This document shows positions 57,952 to 64,000 of a stretch of 64,000 bases of DNA, piece by piece. How positions within the stretch are numbered: the stretch's first letter is position 1; the number at the start of each line of letters is the position of its first letter. The DNA is from Macrostomum lignano. Its lineage: Eukaryota. The notes beneath the pieces were generated by a model, which was not told where the DNA came from, made no database searches, and saw nothing but the letters and a program-made list of their open reading frames with translations. The stretch lies in assembly GCA_002269645.1 (NCBI GenBank), contig NIVC01000679.1:62001-126000 (forward strand), in the 5' to 3' direction. The position numbers were made by a program, and so were the translations under genes.

Positions 57952-58268
57952 TTCTTCGGAGGGGGGCACTCATTTAGTCTATTTTGCACTGACTGGAGCC
58001 TTGGATGCGGATGCATCAACATCCGATGAAGAAGCCAACGCAAAATTCGAAACAGCCCGCGACGACGAAGGCCCGATGGTGGACTCGTCCACTTGGAGGC
58101 CACAGAATCTGTGTCGGACGTTCTTCTCAGTCCCAGTGAATCCAGGACAAGGTCTTAGAGTACACACGCCACGCACACTTGAGGATCCATCAGGGTGGCC
58201 TCTCGTTGATGCATCTGCATCCATGGCTCCAGTCAGTGCAAAATAGACTAAATAAGTGCCCCGAAGAC
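57952..58268. mobile_element. MITE-like inverted repeat (~65-bp arms) just downstream of the GPCR stop
   Basis: GGCACTCATTTAGTCTATTTTGCACTGACTGGAGCCTTGGATGCGGATGCATCAAC mirrors GTTGATGCATCTGCATCCATGGCTCCAGTCAGTGCAAAATAGACTAAATAAGTGCC. Possible TA flanks. Confidence 0.7.
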
Positions 58269-58800
58269 TAGAAAGTGTAGAGCAGCCATAGAGTGTTGAA
58301 TTGTCTATGGTCAAAACACGCATAAAACGTGGGTTGATTGGTCGACAGGATTTATGTAAACTCTTAAAAACAGTGTACTTTTTATCTGAAGCTCGATCCA
58401 GTTTAAATTTTACATCTATATAGCCAGTTTTAAATTATTAAGTGTCTTCTATTTGGGTCACCCGATCAAGTTTCACCACATTAACCTGTTTGAATGTAGC
58501 ACTAATTATGAAACTTTTTTGTGTGTGAAAAATCTCACTAACGTCTAAATTCCGGCGTTTCAGAGTGGCATTTAATGTAGATAAACAGCAATTAATATAT
58601 ACTACTCATCTTAACATTTTTCATTTCATTTCTCTGTCAGTTTTACTAGAAATAAATTTAAAGCCTTGAAATTCAGGCAAGAAACGCTGGAAACTTGTAC
58701 AGTATTTTCAGTCCCGTCAGTTTGATATATAATAAACGACTTGTGCTCAAGCTACAATGAGGAGCTTGTGAGTAAATGGCTCTTATAGTCTGAGTTTGAG

Positions 58801-59353
58801 CAGGGCGTACCTAAAATTTCTGCAAAATGGGGGGGGCGCCAAGCCTGTTGGAAAACAGGGGGGGGGGGCGCCAAGCCTGTTGGAAAACAGGGGGGCACCA
58901 AGTCTGTTGGAAAACAGGGGGGGCACCAAGCCTGTTGGAAAACAGGGGGGGGCGCCAAGCCTGCTGGCAAGGGCGCTAAGCCTGCTGGCAAGGGAGGCGC
59001 CAAGCCTGCTGGCAAGGGCGCTAAGCCTGCTGGCAAGGGCGCTAAGCCTGCTGGCAAGGGCGCTAAGCCTGCTGGCAAGGGAGGCGCCAAGCCTGCTGGC
59101 AAGGGAGGCGCCAAGCCTGCTGGCAAGGGCGCTAAGCCTGCTGGCAAGGGCGCTAAGCCTGCTGGCAAGGGCGCTAAGCCTGCTGGCAAGGGAGGCGCCA
59201 AGCCTGCTGGCAAGGGAGGCGCCAAGCCTGCTGGCAAGGGCGCTAAGCCTGCTGGCAAGGGCGCCAAGCCTGCTGCCAAGTGGGGGCGCCACCTGCTTGC
59301 TAGTCGATTGGGGGAGGGGGCGCGGCCCCCCTTGACCCCTTGGCTACGGCCTG
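58801..59353. repeat. 21/24-bp minisatellite (AAGCCTGCTGGCAAGGGCGCT) inside a possible degenerate hAT-MITE
   Basis: The array is clear. The ends CAGGGCGTACCT and GGCTACGGCCTG are 9/12 inverted, but no TSD was found. Confidence 0.7.
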
Positions 59354-60159
59354 ACTAGCGGCAGCTATGCTGTGATAGATTCCTTCATCTTAAAATTCAA
59401 TTTTATGCAGCCTCTTATGCTTCATTGCTTAAGGCCAAAAATAAGTCTCTGTCTGCTTCTACTCATATTCATATTTGCACTGGCTTAAGATTATCAACTG
59501 CATTCTTTACTGATTTTTATTGCTCAATAAAGTTGAACATCGATACCAACTCAATCTGCTGAATGCTTCTCTTATAGGATTGAAGAACTCTATAAGAGTC
59601 GTAAAACTTGAGTCCGAAAGCTGCGGAATAGCTGTGGGATGATGGCCCTCCCAAATAATAAATAATTAATGAGCTTAGATGAAATATAAGACAGAAGGAT
59701 AAAGAAGCTGTGTAGGCCTAAAAACATGCTCTGATATGCATTAACCAGTCTAAGAACAGAACCCCGAGTCCTCAATGCTCCTCAGCTCCTCAGCTACTTA
59801 GCTGGGCGACACGGATCGTTTCTCACAGCTCACCCCACATAGCTCCGTCTCAAGAGCTCCGTGGCAGGCTGGCGAGGAGAAGCCACCCTGTTCCCAAATT
59901 GTTCCCAGTTTGCCAATCCCATTTGTTAGAAGGGTCTGTGCTGTACTTCAAATCATGGTTCGTGTAAACAGTTTCATTGGTATGCGAGACTGCCAGGACT
60001 CGCATGGTAGAGTAGCTAGACTTCATTTTTAACTAGCAATTTTAACCTCCAATGTCACAACAATTATACTTGCAATTATTGAGATACTCTACTGATACAA
60101 GTAGTACATATATAATCCATATTTTCTCCACTCCTTCCCTCCTAGCTTCTCTAGTCTAG

Positions 60160-60790
60160 TCTAGTCTAGTCTGCTCTACTCTACTCTACTCTACTCTACT
60201 CTACTCTACTCTACTCTACTCTACTCTACTCTATTCTACTCTGCTCTACTCTGCTCTACTCTAATCTAATCTACTCTACTCTACTCTACTCTACTCTACT
60301 CTACTCTACTCTACTCTACTCTGCTCTACTCTACTCTACTCTACTCTATTCTACTCTACTCTATTCTACTCTGCTCTGCTCTACTCTGCTCTACTCTACT
60401 CAACTCTACTCAACTCTACTCTACTCTACTCTACTCTATTCTACTCTACTCTATTCTACTCTGCTCTGCTCTACTCTGCTCTACTCTACTCTACTCTACT
60501 CTGCTATGCTCTACTCTACTCTGCTCTACTCTACTCTACTCTACTCTACTCTGCTCTGCTCTACTCTACTCTACTCTACTATACTCTACTCTGCTCTACT
60601 CTACTCTACTCTATTCTACTCTACTCTATTCTACTCTACTCTATTCTACTCTACTCTACTCTACTCTAATCTACTCTACTCTACTCTACTCTACACTACT
60701 CTACTCTACTCTAATCTAATCTAATCTACTCTACTCTACTCTACACTACTCTACTCTGTTCTACTGTACTCTACTTTATTCTACTTCTCG
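60160..60790. repeat. (CTACT)n pentanucleotide microsatellite
   Basis: Read directly. Confidence 0.97.
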
Positions 60791-61384
60791 TATCAGAGCG
60801 AAGTTTTTCCCTATATAGCATTGTAAATTATAGTAATTTTAGCCAGATCCCAGTGTAATTATAGACTGCAGGTGACCAGCCACTGCACTTCCACCATCTA
60901 CTTCCGATACAAGACACTGACTTCAAAAATCCCACAAACAGATTGTAGCAAAGTTCAATTCACCCTATTTCTCAGTAATAACTGACCCGAGATTTCTCAA
61001 AATCACAGCCAGGAAATTGCAAGACTCGAATTCAATCCGGAAGCCTCTTTGGCAGCATCAGATCAAATTTATGATTATGATTATATAATAATTGCAGGAA
61101 GGCTGCGGGACACCCCTGGGGCTCAGTCACACGGACTCATACACAGGCTGGCTACTAGCGTGTCTATTGCCTACATGCTACCAAGTGTGGGGGGGGGGGG
61201 TCCTTGGCCCAATCAGAATTGCACCAGCTGTCACTGTGCTGTGGGCAAAGAAGTTCTTACAGTTAATCCACAGTGAGTATTTGCAAAGGATTCACTTCAT
61301 TCCGTCTTTAAGCTTGCAGCAAATGCCATTGCTCATTTCAAAGCAGATAGAGTGCAGTGTTTGAGCAATCTTTGTGAGTATGGG

Positions 61385-61790
61385 GAGACAACAGGGGAAA
61401 CAACAGGGGAACAACAGGGAAGACAACAGGGGAGGCAACAGGGAAGACAACAGAGGAGACAACAGGGAAGACAACAGGGGAGACAACAGTGGAGACAACA
61501 AGGGAAACAACAGGGGAGACAACAGGGGAGACAACAGGGAAGACAACAGGTGAGACAACAGGGGAGGCAACAGGAGAGACAACAGGGGAGGCAACAGGAG
61601 AGACAACATGTGAGACAACAGGGGAGGCAACAGGAGAGACAACAGGGGAAACAACAGGGGAGACAACAGGGAAGATAACAGGGAAGACAACAGGGGAGAC
61701 AACAAGGGAGACAACAAGGGAGACAACAGGGGAGACAACAGGGGAGACAACAGGGGAGACATCAGGGAAGACAACAGGGGAGACAACAGG
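61385..61790. repeat. 12-bp minisatellite ACAACAGGGGAG
   Basis: Read directly; source of the QQGR, ETTG and SPVV spurious ORFs. Confidence 0.93.
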
Positions 61791-62672
61791 TAACCAAAGC
61801 TGTTCGCAGAGTACTGGATCACAAATATCACTTCTGGTAACTAGAATCGAAATGAATGTTTCATAGCTATTTGAAAATGAAAATAAAACGAGCAGTCCAA
61901 CAAAGCCAACAATAAGCGAGTTCAGAGACATCTGAATTGGCCCAATTGCTATTGCTATTGCTAGTTCTATTGCTAGTTCTATTGCTAGAAGAGAATCTTG
62001 ACTACCAGTTTAGCCACATAATCGATTTAAAACACTCATAGCTCACTTTAGTCGTAGGAGCCGGGAGCGACACACCGGAGACTTAAATGTCTCATTGCCT
62101 TTTTTCGGAAACGTTGATAAGCGTTCAAGTTTCATATTTTAAACCTGGTAGATTTCTTAGAAAGTTCAGATTTTCGCGGATAGGCAAATCTCATTAATAA
62201 TTTATCCTCTTGTCCTCCAGTTTTATGCTCGGAATGTAATTATGACCCTGGATACTTGCTTGGTTTTTACAGAGAGTGTGTGACTCTCCCTCTCTCTGTG
62301 TATGTGTGTGTGCGCGACTGAGCTCAGACACACAAGTTCCTCCCCCTCCAATACTTTACTCGACCAGCAGCGGGACAGGCAAATCCCATTGAGCTCCCCC
62401 CCCCCTGACTGGCTGACCCTTTTTTCACCAACAGCCCTCTCTGGCGCTGCTCCGCACCAGCAACCCCTCACTGCAACCGCCAGTCCAAAATTTAATCTGC
62501 CCCTGGGACAACATTATTCCAGCTCTTGACAGTGGACTTCCTCTACTCGGCTAAGCTCGCGAGCCAAACAGTGCAGCTGCTAATAACTCCATTTCTCCAA
62601 TTCTTCTCTCTCTCTGTCTCTCTGCGCTTCGAAGATATGGTATTATTTTTCTCCTGTCGAATAATCAGACTA

Positions 62673-63090
62673 ATGCCTCGATTGTTGATTAGATGGAGCT
62701 GCCTGTTGCTGCTAGTTCAAATCGTGCTCGGCGTCGCCATAGAAACGAAATCCGAGAGGAAGATGAGAAGCGCAGAGACTGTTGTTAGTCGTCGCTCTGT
62801 CAATGAGTTGGGCAGCTGGGACACGGAGCACTCGAATTTCCCGCCGGATCTGGAGATTGACGGCCGAGCCAGACAATTTCCCAATGTGAGCATCTTTAAA
62901 ATACTTCGACACGGATGCTTCGATCACGATGTGACCCGGTTCTGCAGCAACAGGATGACTCGCTACTCCTGCTTGTACTGGATTGACACCCACGCTGGAG
63001 ACAAGAGCAACAGTTTCAAGGGCGGAGCCAAGGTTGAAGAAAATCTCAAGAAACTTGGACTGGGCGCCGATTTCTTCGAGAATATGGACT
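62673..63090 (+). CDS. Probable first coding exon of an unidentified secreted or single-pass protein
   Basis: MPRLLIRWSCLLLLVQIVLGVA looks like a signal peptide (alternative ATG at 62637). It is followed by basic sites RKMR and RRS and a Cys-containing region. Candidate donor GACT|GTAAGA near 63090. GC-rich codon usage. Confidence 0.5.
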
Positions 63091-63174
63091 GTAAGATTTC
63101 CTGTTGGACTTTTATTGCTGGCTATCTGGTCATGTCATGACAAGTGATATCTAATATAAACAATGGTAGATTGC

Positions 63175-63785
63175 CATAGGCCGCTATAGACAATGCTACA
63201 TGCTAAACAACCTAAAATTACCATAGAACATGTTGTTCAACGGACAATTTACCATAGACCATAGACAATGCCACATGTTGTGCAACAGACAATTTACCAT
63301 AGACCATAGACAATGCAACATGTTCGATGTTCTACAACAGACAATTACTATATACCATAATGCCACATGTTGTTCAACAGACGATTACCATAGACCATAG
63401 ACAATACCACATGTTGTTCAACAGACAATTTACCATAGATCATAGATAATGCCAAATGTTCGATGTTCTACAACAGACAATTATCATAGACCATAGACAA
63501 TGCAACATGTTCTACAACAGACAATTATCATAGACCATAGACAATGCAACATGTTCTACAACAGACAATTACTATAGACCATAGACAATGCAACATGTTC
63601 TACAACAGACAATTACCATAGGACCATAGACAATACCACGTTGTTTAACAGAAGAGTACCAAAGACCATAGACAATTCCACATGTTGTTCTACAGAAGAT
63701 TATCATGTAGGCCATAGACAATACCGAATTTTGTGCAACAGAAGACTGCCATAGACTATAGATCATATGCCACTGTTGTGCAACA
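63175..63785. repeat. Diverged ~40-45-bp minisatellite built on CCATAGACAATGCAACATGTT
   Basis: Read directly. Confidence 0.85.
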
Positions 63786-64000
63786 GAACATTGCGATTGA
63801 AAGACGCCAAATATTGCGCAACCGAAGATTACTATACTACTTTAAGTGAATTCTTTGTCGTAAGAATTATAATCCATCTGGAATTCTTAGTCATATACTT
63901 ATGCATTCCATATTTTTGTGCCTTAATGATTCTATAGGCTCATAAATCTTGAAGGAACAGTTCCTGTTCATCAAGCCTACACAGATGGATTGGATTATAG

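Noticed and set aside
58801-59353. Intact hAT MITE
   Set aside because: Terminal similarity is only 9/12 and the flanking 8-mers (AGTTTGAG versus ACTAGCGG) do not match; kept only as a repeat.
58752-61931. APLPAGL, LLAR, YSTLL, QQGR, ETTG and SPVV repeat ORFs
   Set aside because: All derive from 5-, 12- and 21/24-bp tandem arrays.

Overview
Eukaryotic (metazoan) genomic DNA with GT-AG spliceosomal introns, GC-rich exons and introns packed with minisatellites and MITEs. The texture resembles a free-living flatworm such as Macrostomum, but that is inference only. The dominant feature is an apparently complete RNF213/mysterin-like gene on the minus strand (31167..3969). A phase-consistent 22-exon model gives about 5,375 aa: duplicated N-terminal zinc ribbons, Q-rich repeats, a CBM20-like module, a dynein-like AAA+ core on one 7.25-kb exon, a C3HC4 RING, and an RZ finger split by a 35-nt micro-exon. 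Other genes: the 5' end of an ENO4-like gene head-to-head with TCTEX1D2/DYNLT2B around an RFX X-box-like motif; a 3-exon sulfotransferase-like gene (BCAT-like-2 N-terminal family); a 6-exon SLC16/MCT-like transporter; an intronless divergent class A GPCR; and the first exon of an unidentified secreted protein. Mobile DNA: a 2.1-kb solo-LTR-like insertion with a 4-bp TSD, several MITEs with clean TSDs, a foldback element and a tRNA-derived CORE-like SINE. No CRISPR, rRNA or true tRNA gene was found. Most long ORFs in the supplied track are artefacts of tandem repeats. All homology calls come from recalled motifs, not from searches.
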